From assembly GCA_965237955.1 (NCBI GenBank), contig OZ250169.1, positions 736,001 to 800,000 on the forward strand: DNA of 64,000 bases, in the 5' to 3' direction. Each line of letters starts with the position of its first letter. Position 1 is the stretch's first letter. The stretch comes from Candidatus Marinacidobacterales bacterium (GTDB taxonomy: Bacteria > Acidobacteriota > Vicinamibacteria > Marinacidobacterales > SMYC01). Both the position numbers and the translations under genes were made by a program. Below the pieces are notes generated by a model. That model was given only the letters and a program-made list of their open reading frames with translations. It had not been told where the DNA came from and did not search any database. Of this stretch, positions 1 through 10,624 are shown piece by piece.

Positions 1-91
1 CGGTATTCGAGCCCGGGGATTAGTGTCATCGGGTCACTGGCGTACGACTGGTAGCCGCGACTGACGAGAGCCAAAGTGAAAGGGGACACGC

Positions 92-280
92 ATGCATCGC
101 CATCACGAATCGGAGACGCTAGCCAGCGGTTCTCAACACTCAAGCCGGAATCTGGCCAACACTATGGCGAGTCGAGGGGAGCTGGATGCGGCATCGGACC
201 TTTTTCAATCGGTTCTTTCCGAGCAACCGGATCACCAACGCGCCAAAACGAACCTGATGGCGATACTCGAGGCTAAGTAA
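92..280 (+). pseudogene. C-terminal TPR-like fragment
   Basis: NLANTMASRGELDAASDLFQSVLSEQPDHQRAKTNL has TPR helix-pair spacing. In-frame stop upstream at 62-64, so 5' truncated. Confidence 0.35.
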
Positions 281-328
281 GGCAGTGCCCGGGGCATGCC
301 GTAGGCATGACATTCAAGGAGACCCAAA

Positions 329-1954
329 TTGGGTATACCCACAACGTTAAGAGCGCTCATCATCGTTGTCGCGTTGTTAGGCCTAGGCTTACCGACTGCT
401 ACGGCTGGCACCCGCACGGCGTTTCTAGTGATCGCACCCGATCGTGGCTTTCTCGGTAACGAGGAAGTCCGCGAAGTTTTTGCGGACTTCGCGACCTCTG
501 TCGATGACGCACAACTAGCGTTCGTCACGCAAGAGCGGGCTGAGGAGAACCTACGCAACGTTTGGAAGTCTCTCCCAACGGAAGGGCAGATCGCGAGGGT
601 GGTGGTCCTGCCCCTTTTTTTGTCCAAGCACGACGCGCTCTACAAGAAGGCTCAAGGGGTACTCGACGCTTTCGGAGGACCGCTTGTTTCCTTCGGCATT
701 CCACTGGGAGCAAGCTACCTGGCGGAGGAGATCCTCTTTGACCGCGTCGAAGCTCTCGCCTCCTCGCATGTCGGCAACGAGCAGCTCGTCGTGATAACGG
801 CGGGCGCTAACTCCAGCACTGCAGAGTCCGGTATCCGGGAGGACCTCGAACCGCTGGTGGATCGCGCGGCCAAGAAGTACGGCCTAGCAGGCGGCCGCCT
901 CTACGTCATCCATGACGGTGCCGAGACCGAGGAGGCTCGCAGCGCATCCATCGAGGGAATGATGAAGGATCTGGAATCCGTCTGCACCGGCGAGGAACGT
1001 ACCCTGGTCGTCCCGTTCAGCCTCGGGATGAAATACACGACCATGATGTCGGAGTGGAGCTACCTGAAAAGAAGAATGCGTGAATTCTCCGGTATCGTGT
1101 CCGACGGACGGGGGGTGTTGCCGCACGCGAACGTCGGCCACTGGCTGCAAAAAAGCGTGAACCACGCCCTGCCGCTCGACCGAGAGGACATCGGCGTCAT
1201 CCTGGTGCCGCACGGCAGTGATTACAATTGGAACGAGACCATGCGTCGCGGAATCTCCCCTATTCGTGACGAGTATGTAACTGAGGATGCCTTTAGCATG
1301 GTCGACCCTCTGCTCATCGAGAACGCGGTGCGAAAACTCGAGGCACGGGGAGTTCGGGCGGCGTTGGTGGTGCGCATATTCTTCATGGAGTCCAGTTTTC
1401 GAACCAAGGCGGAATACGTGCTGGGTCTGAGGCCCGATTATCGCAGTTTTCCGCGAAGGGTCCGTAGCGGCCTTGTCTTCCATACCGCGGGAGGTGTAGC
1501 TGCTAGCCAGCACCTCGCTCGGGCACTCGTCGATCGGGTCGACGAGATCAGTACCGCCCCCAACCGAGAGACCATCGTGTTGGTCGGGCATGGAAGCGGC
1601 AACGACAAGGTCAACGACCGCTGGCTCGAACTGCTCGCGAGCTTGGCGCGGGATATCGGCGAGCGCTGGGACGGTTTCCGAGCGATCCGCTACCACACCT
1701 GGAGGGAAGACTGGCCCGATAAGCGGCGGGACGCGGTGGCGGCCATTCGTGCTGATGTGGAGGCTGCGTCCAAAGACGACGGCATTGCCCTCGTTCTCCC
1801 GATACGCACGACAGGTCAGGGCCCGGCCACGCGTTACCTCGATGGTCTGAAGTATCGGTACGGGACTGGATTTGCCCCGCATCCAGAGTTCACCGCCTGG
1901 CTACAATCGGTCATCGAACAAGGACTGTTGAAGCTCACCGGAGACCCGCGGTGA
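329..1954 (+). CDS. Exported CbiX/sirohydrochlorin-chelatase-like protein with duplicated domains
   Basis: 541 aa with signal peptide. Chelatase-like motifs VVVLPLFL, ILVPHGS, IVLVGHGSG and TWREDWPDKR. Confidence 0.6.
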   Translation: MGIPTTLRALIIVVALLGLGLPTATAGTRTAFLVIAPDRGFLGNEEVREVFADFATSVDDAQLAFVTQERAEENLRNVWKSLPTEGQIARVVVLPLFLSKHDALYKKAQGVLDAFGGPLVSFGIPLGASYLAEEILFDRVEALASSHVGNEQLVVITAGANSSTAESGIREDLEPLVDRAAKKYGLAGGRLYVIHDGAETEEARSASIEGMMKDLESVCTGEERTLVVPFSLGMKYTTMMSEWSYLKRRMREFSGIVSDGRGVLPHANVGHWLQKSVNHALPLDREDIGVILVPHGSDYNWNETMRRGISPIRDEYVTEDAFSMVDPLLIENAVRKLEARGVRAALVVRIFFMESSFRTKAEYVLGLRPDYRSFPRRVRSGLVFHTAGGVAASQHLARALVDRVDEISTAPNRETIVLVGHGSGNDKVNDRWLELLASLARDIGERWDGFRAIRYHTWREDWPDKRRDAVAAIRADVEAASKDDGIALVLPIRTTGQGPATRYLDGLKYRYGTGFAPHPEFTAWLQSVIEQGLLKLTGDPR

Positions 1955-1989
1955 TACGGAGGAATAACTTCTTGGAACCAGCGACTGGC

Positions 1990-2040
1990 CGTGAGGGCAA
2001 AATACTCTTGCGGCTTCCAGATGGTAGAAACGTAGCACCC
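1990..2040 (-). mobile_element. 3' end remnant of an rve-type DDE element
   Basis: Minus strand reads LRFYHLEAA followed by GAGTATTTTGCCCTCACG. Same end at 10332, 39947 and 46537-46554. Confidence 0.7.
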
Positions 2041-2095
2041 CGTCCTGTGCCAAAACTCAGCCCTTTTGAAATAGGCCATAAATCAGCAGCTTAGT
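2041..2095. repeat. Type-a element end CGTCCTGTGCCAAAACTC...TTGAAATAG..CATAAATCAGCAGCTTAG (first of 18 copies counted)
   Basis: Core 18-mer seen at 2041, 5740, 6183, 6791, 10916, 15835, 25651, 30480, 30594, 36083, 36394, 39729, 42724, 46284, 50316, 54123, 54578 and 58757. Confidence 0.9.
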
Positions 2096-2378
2096 GTCTG
2101 TGTTTGCAACCGGGCGAAGGCGTCGTGTCCAAAAGCACGAACGAACTCACCACGTCGGGCCTTTAGGAAGGTGCAAACTGCTGACCCGCTGGGCGTTCGA
2201 ATATTTGGACCAGACGCATTCAGACGGTAGTGGTCTAGTTTGGGATTCGACCCAAGAACCATCCGACAACGACACCAAGCAGCGGAATCAGTCCAAGGCA
2301 GAGCTTCCGGTAAAATTCTCTCCTCTCACGCCTTAACTCGGCCTCTAACTCTAGGTGTTCAGAAGGCGTTCTTCCGGG

Positions 2379-3724
2379 TGTCCTTCATCATTATTGATCC
2401 AGCGGGAATGGTACCGCTGGTGGCCCTACGACGAACGAAGAAACCCGGGTCGGCGCGCGCGGGCACTTGCCGAGATCACGCGATCAATGGGCCGCGGAGC
2501 TGGACAACGCAATCGCGAGGGACCCCAGCAATCGACGCGCAGCGACTAAACTGGCTCAGGCGGCGTCGCGCCATTCGTAGCGGTGGTGGAGCCCACCCAC
2601 TCGCGGCAACGCGACGACTTTTGCGGTCGGTGATGGTCGGGGCGTGACGGGTCTTGAGTTCGGGGTGTCTTTGTCGAGACCCAAGTGGCAACGGTCCTCG
2701 TGGTAGTAGCTGATGTACAAGCGCATGAGCCGGACGAGATGCCGCTCACTGAGGACAACTACATGCTCTAACATCTCGCGGCGGCAGTTTCCGATCCAGC
2801 GTTCGGCGGTACCGTTTTGCCAAGGGCTGCGATAAGAAATGCGAACAGGCTTTGTGCCCATGGCCCTGATGAACTCCACCACTGCAGGGCTGAAAATCGC
2901 GTCGCGGTCAAAGACCAAGTATCGTGGTGCCGTGTCGTATGGGAACGCCTCGCGCAGTTGTTGAATCACCCACGCTGACGTGGGGTTGTACGTCGCGTTG
3001 AAGTGCAAGATATGGCGACGGCCGTGCTCGATGACGAAGAAGCCGTACAGCAGCCGTAGCGACGCCGTCGGTACGGCGAACAGATCCATCGCGGCGATGT
3101 CGTCCTTGTGGTTCCGCAAGAACGCAATCCATCGCTTCACTTCGTCGGGTTCGGCTCGGCGGTGCGGCATGTATCGCGACACCGTCATCTCGCTGACAAC
3201 GAATCCGAGCTTCGTCAGCTCAGCGTGGATACGAGGTGCACCCCAGCCGTCTTGGGCCATCGTGCGGACGAGACGACGAATCTCGGCATCAATCCGAGGT
3301 CGACCTGGATAGCGCGGACGGGAGATCCGAGCCCAGTATCGGCGGAACCGATCTCGATTCCACCGGGCGACCGTGTCGGCGTTCACGATAACGAGCCGGC
3401 TCGCCCACGCTGGCCACGAGCTTCGGAGCGCAACCCAGAATGCTCGGTCCGTGTCCTCGAGCGGTGGCCGGGGGCGCTCCTTCTTCAACGCCGTAACTTG
3501 CTGCCGCAGGGCCAGGTTTTCAATCACGAGGTCGGCTCGGCGCCGACACATCGCCCGGATCGCACGGGCGCCGAGTGAGACGAGGAAGATGAGGACACGG
3601 AGCATGGCGGCAGAGTTTGCCGTCTCAAGACCGGGATCTCAAGCGGGAGATGCGCTCGTTGGCCGAGGCGTGAACGGTGCGTAAGTCCTTGATTTCAGGA
3701 GCGGACGGATATTGATGATGCACA
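2379..3724 (-). mobile_element. Complete IS with integrase-core (rve) transposase and imperfect TGT...ACA terminal IRs
   Basis: Ends TGTCCTTCATCATTATTG and TGTGCATCATCAATATCC (13/18 match) enclose the 349-aa ORF. The 3' part is duplicated at about 31925-32610. Confidence 0.8.
2556..3605 (-). CDS. Integrase core domain (DDE) transposase
   Basis: WGAPRIHAEL HTH, AMDLF / FDRDAIF / QNGTAERW DDE motifs, GGLHHRY C-terminus. Confidence 0.9.
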   Translation of the reverse strand: MLRVLIFLVSLGARAIRAMCRRRADLVIENLALRQQVTALKKERPRPPLEDTDRAFWVALRSSWPAWASRLVIVNADTVARWNRDRFRRYWARISRPRYPGRPRIDAEIRRLVRTMAQDGWGAPRIHAELTKLGFVVSEMTVSRYMPHRRAEPDEVKRWIAFLRNHKDDIAAMDLFAVPTASLRLLYGFFVIEHGRRHILHFNATYNPTSAWVIQQLREAFPYDTAPRYLVFDRDAIFSPAVVEFIRAMGTKPVRISYRSPWQNGTAERWIGNCRREMLEHVVVLSERHLVRLMRLYISYYHEDRCHLGLDKDTPNSRPVTPRPSPTAKVVALPRVGGLHHRYEWRDAA

Positions 3725-4281
3725 GGTACGAAGAACTCGTGCTCGTCCGGGTCTCTCCATGCCACCGTCTCGGAGAAACCCTTAGCGATGAGCTTTTCCG
3801 CTTCCTCCTCGAAGCGGTCCGATAGCCGTTTCAGAAAGAGCAGACCGAAGATGTAGGTTTTGTAGTCGCTGCTGTCGATGGAGCCGCGCAGGATGTCTGC
3901 GGCGGACCAGAGATACTGCTCGAGCTGCGCGACGCTCAGCTCTTCACTCCGCGGTTCTGGCGCCTCTGCCACGGAACGGGTTGGCGCGGGCACGTTCCCG
4001 GTGTTGTTCTTCGACGCAGCGGCCGGTCGGATAAGACGGGCTACGAGATCCTCCTTTTTCCTGCCGGAATCATCGAGGTCGAACGTTCGACACAGCTCCT
4101 TCAGGCGCTCTCTAGAGAGGTCTTGCAGAATCTCATAGAGCCGCGCCTTCCGCGAGCGGGCAAGCGTATCAACGAGTTGCGGCTTGACGCGGCGATCCGC
4201 AACCGCCAGCTCATAGAAGTCGATGCTGGCGCGCAGCTCGTTCGCTGTCAGCTCGGCGAGAATTGCGTGTTTTGTTGGCAT
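3725..4281 (-). pseudogene. hsdM: Type I R-M methyltransferase N-terminal fragment with SAP-like extension, cut by an IS end
   Basis: LEQYLWSAADILRGSIDSSDYKTYIFGLLFLKRLSD is the HsdM N-terminal motif. Homology stops at FFVP, at the IR at 3724. Confidence 0.8.
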
Positions 4282-4607
4282 CTCCGTATCACTCGTGGAT
4301 CCACTTGCCGTGGTGGCAGCCGGAGTGGTCTTAGCCAGCGTGATCCTCGTCAGTGCTCGTGGGAGGCTACCACGAGGGCGCGCTGTGGTTTTCGGAAATT
4401 CTAGCCACCTGAGTTTTTGTCTCAGAATCGAGGACTTCGTCAAGTCTGCACTGGTAATTGTGATGAGTAGCCGCCGCCACACTCGTCTGCCCGGCCCCCC
4501 CGTGACGACGAGATCGGCTACGGCAAACCTCTGGTCTGCCATAGTTCTCTGAACAGAGCGCGGCACATTCTCAACCGAAGCCCGTCGTGTCCGGGGTATC
4601 TCAGACA

Positions 4608-5692
4608 GGCATTGTTGCACCGCTCTGGCTGAGAGCAAAATGCGCCTCTTGTGGTGGCCGAGGTATGTTCGACCATGAAGTATCCCAAGCGCTGCCAGTA
4701 CAAGCACGCGAAGCAGAAGAAGTACCACGTTCGCAACTGGGCGGAATACAACGAAGGGCTGCGCCGCCGGGGCGATTTGACAGTCTGGTTTGACGAGGAG
4801 GCAATCGCGAACTGGAAGGCCGACAAGACCGGTAAGCCTGGCGGTCAACGGGTCTATTCAGACATGGCTATTGAAACGGGCCTGGTTGTCCGGATGGTGT
4901 ACAAGCTCGCCTACCGACAAACCGAAGGCTTCTTGCACTCGATCGCCTCGCTGCTCGGGCTCGGTATCGAGATCCCGGACTACTCGACGTTGTCTCGGCG
5001 GTCGAGGCTGCTCCGCAAGAAGCTGCGGATTCCGAAAGCCGCAAGCAATCAACCAACCCACCTGATGATCGATAGCACGGGCTTGAGGATTCATGTTGGA
5101 ACCGCCCGCAAACCGCCAAAGCAGCGCGCATGGCGCAAGTTGCACATCGCCGTTGATCGCGAGACCGGCAACATTGTTGCGTCCGAACTGACGGCGTCAC
5201 GTGCTCGCGACGCAACCCGAGTCCCCGCTTTGCTAACACAGATTCAAGCACCTCTAGCGTCCGTGGCGGCGGACAGTGCATACGACAAGGAAGCGGTCTA
5301 CGAAGCGATCGAAGCGCACAGCCCTGGACGAAGGACGCGCGTGGTGATTCCGCCGCAACGAAACGCGACGCTCAATCAGAATTCGAACACCGCCATGCAG
5401 GAGCGCGACCGCCATATTCGTGCCATCGAAAGACACGGCCGACGTGAATGGTACAAGCTCTCAGGCTGCACCAAGCGAAGCATGGTGGAGAACGCGGTCT
5501 ATCGTTACAAAGCGATCATCGGGCCCGAGATGCGGACACGAACGTTGGCGAGGCAACGAGTTGAACACCGAATTGGGTGCGAGATACTCAACAAGATGAC
5601 CGCGCTCGGGATGCCCGATACGTACTGCGCCGGGTGACTCTACGACCGGCACAGGGAGGTCAGCGATTTGCTCCGGGCCGTGCAACAACGCC
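4608..5692 (+). mobile_element. IS5 family (IS903-like), copy 1; transposase 4651-5637
   Basis: IRs GGCATTGTTGCAC / GTGCAACAACGCC. Motifs NWAEYNEGLRRRGDLTVW, IDSTGL, WRKLHIAVD. Confidence 0.9.
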
Positions 5693-5762
5693 GCGGATCA
5701 CAACTAAGCTGCTGATTTATGGGCTATTTCAAAAGGGCGGAGTTTTGGCACAGGACGGCGTC

Positions 5763-6014
5763 TTATTGCTTCGCTGTCTTCTTCGCCTTCTCTGCCGCTT
5801 TGGCTTCTCGCACCTTTGCCTTCTCCGCCGCTTTGGCCTTGGCTTCCCGCACCTTTAGCCACGCCCGGACCTCCCGCAGACGGAATTGAGACGCCACGCC
5901 GCGCCCTCTAGTGTGGACCGGCATCCCAGACCGCTCCCATTTTGTTACCATCTGTTTATCGACGCCCAAATGCTCGGCTAGTTCCGACCTCGTCAACACT
6001 CGCGCTTTGGCCAT
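5763..6014 (-). CDS. Winged-HTH DNA-binding protein resembling phage terminase small subunit (Nu1-like) N-terminus; probably truncated
   Basis: LTRSELAEHLGVDKQMVTKWERSGMP...FRLREVRAWL followed by Ala/Lys/Glu tandem repeats. Confidence 0.5.
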   Translation of the reverse strand: MAKARVLTRSELAEHLGVDKQMVTKWERSGMPVHTRGRGVASQFRLREVRAWLKVREAKAKAAEKAKVREAKAAEKAKKTAKQ

Positions 6015-6229
6015 AGTCCTCCTCCAAACGGCACTGCCCTCTTCTGCATTGAAAGACGCTCTTAGGGTACTACGGTTTCCCCTTGAACGAAGGATTCCAA
6101 TTACTTTACTTCATTTCCACTCCTTTTGAGGGTAGCTCGTGTCCGTCAATTCATGACACTGATGGTCTATTTCAAATGGGCCGAGTTTTGGCACAGGACG
6201 GGGATGGTGTGGGCGGCAACCAACGCGCC

Positions 6230-6625
6230 CCGATGCTCGCAAAGCCTATGACGAGTCTCGTCGCCAAGTGGACGCCTCTCGCGCCGGCCGTCGTCCGAGG
6301 CCTAGAGGAGGCCGGTAATCAGCTACTGACCTTCTACGAATTCCCTCGTGCCATGTGGAAATCGATTCGAACGACCAATGCTCTGGAGAATCTCAACCGC
6401 GAGTTTCGACGCCGGACGAAAATCCAAGCGTCGTTCTCCAGCGAGGAGTCCGCAGTCGCTTTGCTGTTTGGGCTTATCGCCTCTGGCCAGATTCAACTAC
6501 GACGCATCGACGGCTACCAACGTCTGAGCGAGGTTCTCGAACACGCGCAGGTTGCCGCCTGATCTGATACCCTGATGACGGAGTGGAGGGCGCTGTTCTT
6601 TTTCCACGGACCTCGGGACACATCC
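6230..6625 (+). mobile_element. IS256-family 3' fragment
   Basis: Near-identical to 40940-41334 (IRTTNALENLNREFRRRTK and right IR). Confidence 0.85.
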
Positions 6626-7199
6626 AAGATGTTGATTAAAATATACTTACGTTATGTGCAAGCCACGCAATCTTCGGTCGCGCGCGAAGCACGGAGGCGG
6701 ACGGACGAAGCCGACGACTGATCGCCAGACTTCGCAGTAAATGCGTGAAAGAAGACAAGTTATTCTCTTTCAACATAGGCTCCTAGATCTCGTCCTGTGC
6801 CAAAACTCGGCCCTTTTGAAATAGACCGCAAGAGCAAACTGAACCTTTCGACGTTTACAATGACGTCGGATCACCTCATCCGTTCGCCGCGAAGCCGCTA
6901 ATCCTGGCAGCTCTAAACTGCGGAATCAACGACGGATCGAGTTTTTGCGGAGCACAACTCAAGCAGCGCGTCGAGTGTAATAATGATGGAGACCACCAAC
7001 CTTTGGAATGGCGTCCTGTACGGTGCTTCCGCCATTAAGTGTTGGTGAGATGACGCTAAGACGTTACGCTGCATTAAATTACAGCCAAAATAGAGCTCAC
7101 GACCTTCGCCGCGCGCTAAATGGAGCGTAAGCGCTTTTTTTACAAAGAGATACGTACACATCACCAACAGCAAACAGCGCAAGCACCGGATGTGACTCA

Positions 7200-7904
7200 A
7201 TGAGAGCTCATTACTTGCAGCACGTTCCATTCGAAGGACTCGGCAGCATTGAGTCATGGCTCCGGTCAGCTCGATATGAGCTAACACACACGCCGTTCTT
7301 CGAATCAACCGATCTGCCTGCGGCCCGGGATGTCGACTTCGTGATCGTGATGGGCGGCCCCATGAGCGTGAACGATGAGACCAAGCATCCCTGGCTGGTG
7401 GACGAAAAACGTTTCATTCGCGATTGCATCCAGACGGGAAAGCCGGTTCTGGGCGTGTGTCTCGGGGCCCAGCTGATTGCCAGCGCTATGGGTGCGAAGG
7501 TTTATCCGAACCCCGCGAAGGAGATTGGCTGGTTCCCCGTCTACGCGGCGTCCGCGGAGAACGAGTTCGGCTTGCCGTCCTCTATGGATGTGTTCCACTG
7601 GCACGGCGAGACGTTCGATTTGCCGCATGGTGCGCGATTGCTGGCCAGGGGCGAAGCCTGTGAAAACCAGGCGTTCCAGTTTGGAAACCGTGTGCTGGGG
7701 CTTCAGTTTCATCTGGAAACCACACCCGAAGCGGCCCGTCAGCTTGCCGAGCACTGTCGAGGAGAGCTGCTGCCGTCAAAGTACGTTCAGTCCGAAGGGG
7801 AAATTCTTGCCGCACCGGCCGAAAGGTATCAGACGATCAACAATCTGATGGGTCAAATACTGTCCCGACTGCATGGTTCGAACGGTACTGACCTTGCCCC
7901 CTAA
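7200..7904 (+). CDS. Type 1 glutamine amidotransferase (GMP synthase-like)
   Basis: MGGPMSV, LGVCLGAQL (catalytic Cys), FHWHGETF, GLQFHLE (His-Glu). Confidence 0.9.
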   Translation: MRAHYLQHVPFEGLGSIESWLRSARYELTHTPFFESTDLPAARDVDFVIVMGGPMSVNDETKHPWLVDEKRFIRDCIQTGKPVLGVCLGAQLIASAMGAKVYPNPAKEIGWFPVYAASAENEFGLPSSMDVFHWHGETFDLPHGARLLARGEACENQAFQFGNRVLGLQFHLETTPEAARQLAEHCRGELLPSKYVQSEGEILAAPAERYQTINNLMGQILSRLHGSNGTDLAP

Positions 7905-7905
7905 C

Positions 7906-7950
7906 TGAACCGCCCCGGGTTTTCCGGAGAGTGTTTTAGTTGAGTCCGGC
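7906..7950 (-). mobile_element. IS3-family terminal IR remnant
   Basis: TGAACCGCCCCGGG...TTGAGTC matches the reverse complement of the IS3 end at 16340-16379. Confidence 0.6.
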
Positions 7951-8057
7951 CTCAGCGAGGCCGGACCGTACGACGTGGTTTGCTCATGACAGCTCCTTTT
8001 TCCATGTGCGTATTTTAACTTCAGGACTGTCATGTTCCAGCTGAACCGAAACAATCT

Positions 8058-8112
8058 GGCCTGCCTGTGTCGGCGAACGCCATTAATAAGGATGTCGGCG
8101 TGCACACGAAGG
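8058..8112. repeat. Direct repeat shared with the end of the window (63945-64000)
   Basis: CTGGCCTGCCTGTGTCGGCGAACGCCATTAATAAGGATGTCGGCGTGCACACGAAG at both positions. Confidence 0.8.
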
Positions 8113-8365
8113 TGTCCCTGAACGTCAGGCACCGTGTGGTCAGCCCAGCCCGCTGCGCCGAAAGAACTGTGTCTCTCGAAATCAGGCTCAAACTCTAGCA
8201 CACGAGCGGGTTACGCGGCAGTCACCAACACTTGATTGCGGAAGCACCGCACAGGACGGGTATAAACTGAAAACCCTCTCTTAGAAATACGGCCGTTCTG
8301 TCCGAAATGCTTTGACGACGTACAGGAGGCGATAGAACACGCCAAATTCGAGACAAGTAAGGACA

Positions 8366-10027
8366 TCAAGGAGGCCCAAGCGGACCTGGACTCAAACGTG
8401 CTAGCCCACTACCCCGCGCGCTAGCCTCGGCCTCGATTTTGGACCCCCACTCCAACAGGTCCACGGGTGAGCACCCGTCGGCAGATCCGAGAACCTCAAG
8501 TCTTAGTCGCGCGCGCGCGGCGAGCTCAAGTGGACTCGTGTTCGCGGCAAACGAGGCATGTACAACGCGGTCCATTCCCGCACCTACCAGAGGGGCAGCC
8601 GTTCTCAGTGCGGCTCGAAGACCAACTGCATTCGTTCGGCCCCAGTGTAAGACGAGATTTCTCTGGCGGTACAGTCGTCGTAAGGTGTGCTTTGCATGCT
8701 GCTCGATATCAAGCAGGGCAGCTCTAGGTTCCTGAAGGATTTTCTTCAATCGTTGTTCGGCCAGCCGATCCGTGTCTGACGTGAGTTGAAGTGGTGTCCC
8801 GTTCAATATTGCGTCGCCCACGAGCGTCGCCCTGTCCCGGTTAGTCGCCGCATCGGCTATCGAACTGGCCAACTCGTCATCGCATGCTTTCCGATGCGCG
8901 TAAGCCAGGGTGGTGAGCTCTGCGCGGGGAAAGGAGCAAGCGACAAACGAGGCCATGCGGTCTCCGGCCACACCGCGATCCCCGGAGTCACCGGGACCGA
9001 GCAAGAGCGTCTCAATCGCGGCCCACCCGCCAGACACAGCTGTCCCTGGTGACCCTCTGTCGAGTGGGTCGATGAGCTCAAGTGCCGCATTGATCCGATC
9101 GTCGTCGGTCTTTCGGTACAGACTGTTTTCTCGATCCAATGCATGGATCTCTACTCCCCTTCGATTCCTGCGAAGTTGGAATGGCTTCCCTTCCCCTGCG
9201 ATCCAAGCGCTACCGTGAAATTGGAGTTGCGAACGAGTACCCACCGCAATTCTCGCTGCGAGCCTCTCAACACCTTCGAAGACTTCATCGATAGCCGACC
9301 ATGGGTCGCGAGCTGTGACTCTAAACAGCATTCCGCCACCCTGTCGAATATCGGTCGCGCTATGGTGGTTTTCCTTAAGCCAATCAGATACCTGCGGGGC
9401 GCTTCGCCACTCGTCGGGCATCTCCGCCCGCGACCGCGGTGCTTTGAGAAAAGCGACTAAGACCTCAAATGCTTTCGCCGGACCGGTCACGAGGTCATGA
9501 GCGTCTTCCAGAAGCTTAGCTAACGTTCGCGTTGAATGCTCGTGATGGATCCGATATGACCACCAACGATGAAGGTACGTAGAGCTGAAGCCCGAGTCGA
9601 GTAGGTGTGTCGCGATGGCACGGGCAACTCTTTCTTCGTTGGGCTGATCGGAAGAAGGATCGCCAACGGCTCGCGACCATCTGGCCAAGTACGTCCGTTC
9701 GATTTGCCTACGAATCTGCTCAAGGAGTCGAAACTCCACACCTTCCGGTTTGGGTGAAAGCCGGAGCAGTTTTTGGAGCACACGGTGCTGCTCGGCACCC
9801 CCCACTCCGGGATCCCGAGAAGCGGTCAGTTCGACGGTCTTACGAAGATGCTTGAGCGACTTTTCGCTCAGGACACCGGCGTGAAATGCCTCGCATCCTT
9901 CGAGAACTTCGCGCACACCGAGCTTGAGTCCCACAGCCCAGAGCCTTCGTTGCCAAGGAGTAGGGCGGCTGAAGAAATCGAGGAGGATAGCTGTAACACG
10001 GCGATCGTACGTATTGACAGAGACCAT
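8366..10027 (-). CDS. ApeA-like HEPN-domain protein (putative defence RNase)
   Basis: 553 aa. WAAIETLL helix and C-terminal LRRLYRQRNLVLHWG (R-N-x3-H HEPN motif). Confidence 0.65.
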   Translation of the reverse strand: MVSVNTYDRRVTAILLDFFSRPTPWQRRLWAVGLKLGVREVLEGCEAFHAGVLSEKSLKHLRKTVELTASRDPGVGGAEQHRVLQKLLRLSPKPEGVEFRLLEQIRRQIERTYLARWSRAVGDPSSDQPNEERVARAIATHLLDSGFSSTYLHRWWSYRIHHEHSTRTLAKLLEDAHDLVTGPAKAFEVLVAFLKAPRSRAEMPDEWRSAPQVSDWLKENHHSATDIRQGGGMLFRVTARDPWSAIDEVFEGVERLAARIAVGTRSQLQFHGSAWIAGEGKPFQLRRNRRGVEIHALDRENSLYRKTDDDRINAALELIDPLDRGSPGTAVSGGWAAIETLLLGPGDSGDRGVAGDRMASFVACSFPRAELTTLAYAHRKACDDELASSIADAATNRDRATLVGDAILNGTPLQLTSDTDRLAEQRLKKILQEPRAALLDIEQHAKHTLRRLYRQRNLVLHWGRTNAVGLRAALRTAAPLVGAGMDRVVHASFAANTSPLELAARARLRLEVLGSADGCSPVDLLEWGSKIEAEASARGSGLARLSPGPLGPP

Positions 10028-10549
10028 AGACGAAGCCTATTATAGTCGCAGGACATAGGTCCGACATCTAACAAAGGAGGGCGTCGCCCGCCGTTGGCTT
10101 CGGCTGGCTGTGGGCTGCCCCCTCCGGTTTAGCCTACCTATGCTGTGGTCCGCAAAAAAAAGAATATTGCGTTACCTCTGGACCGACTTTTGCGGAGCAC
10201 AGGGCTCTTTCGGCCATTTGCGCGGACTGATCAGGCGTCTGATCGACCGCTGGGGGCGTCTGACGCGCGCCTGGGGGTCCAAAGGGATACCGGCGGCGGC
10301 GCTCGTCAACTCAATCGCTCATCGCCAAGCTCGTGAGGTCAAAATACTCATGCGGCTTCCCGATGGTAGAAACGTAGCAGCCCGCCAAGCCGTTCACGGG
10401 AGCGCATAACGTGTGCCTGACGAAATCGCGAAGCGCAACAGTCAACCGGGACCAGTCTGGCTACAATGACGCCAACTAATAAGAAACTCAGGGTGTAGCG
10501 TTTGGGGCAGTGACGTCAAACCCGAGCTCCCTCAGGCGTCCTGTTGAGC

Positions 10550-10624
10550 CGGTGCCACCTCCAGAAACTACCGCGTTTCATTCATTCGGGGTGGCCGTCA
10601 GGCTGTGGAAAACTTGACAGTACC
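10550..10624 (-). repeat. IS110 upstream-end remnant
   Basis: Matches 31632-31705, the non-coding end upstream of the IS110 transposase that starts at 31478. Confidence 0.6.

Noticed and set aside
884-1882. Long antisense ORFs here and opposite hsdR, hsdM, groEL and pyk
   Set aside because: Shadow ORFs expected in high-GC coding DNA, with no recognisable motifs.
3625-4848. 407-aa ORF as a novel fusion protein
   Set aside because: Chimeric read-through of antisense IS5, intergenic DNA and the hsdM stub.
10065-10073. GTTAGAT upstream of the HEPN gene as a cassette boundary
   Set aside because: No convincing inverse core or attC stem upstream. A 7-mer match is expected by chance.
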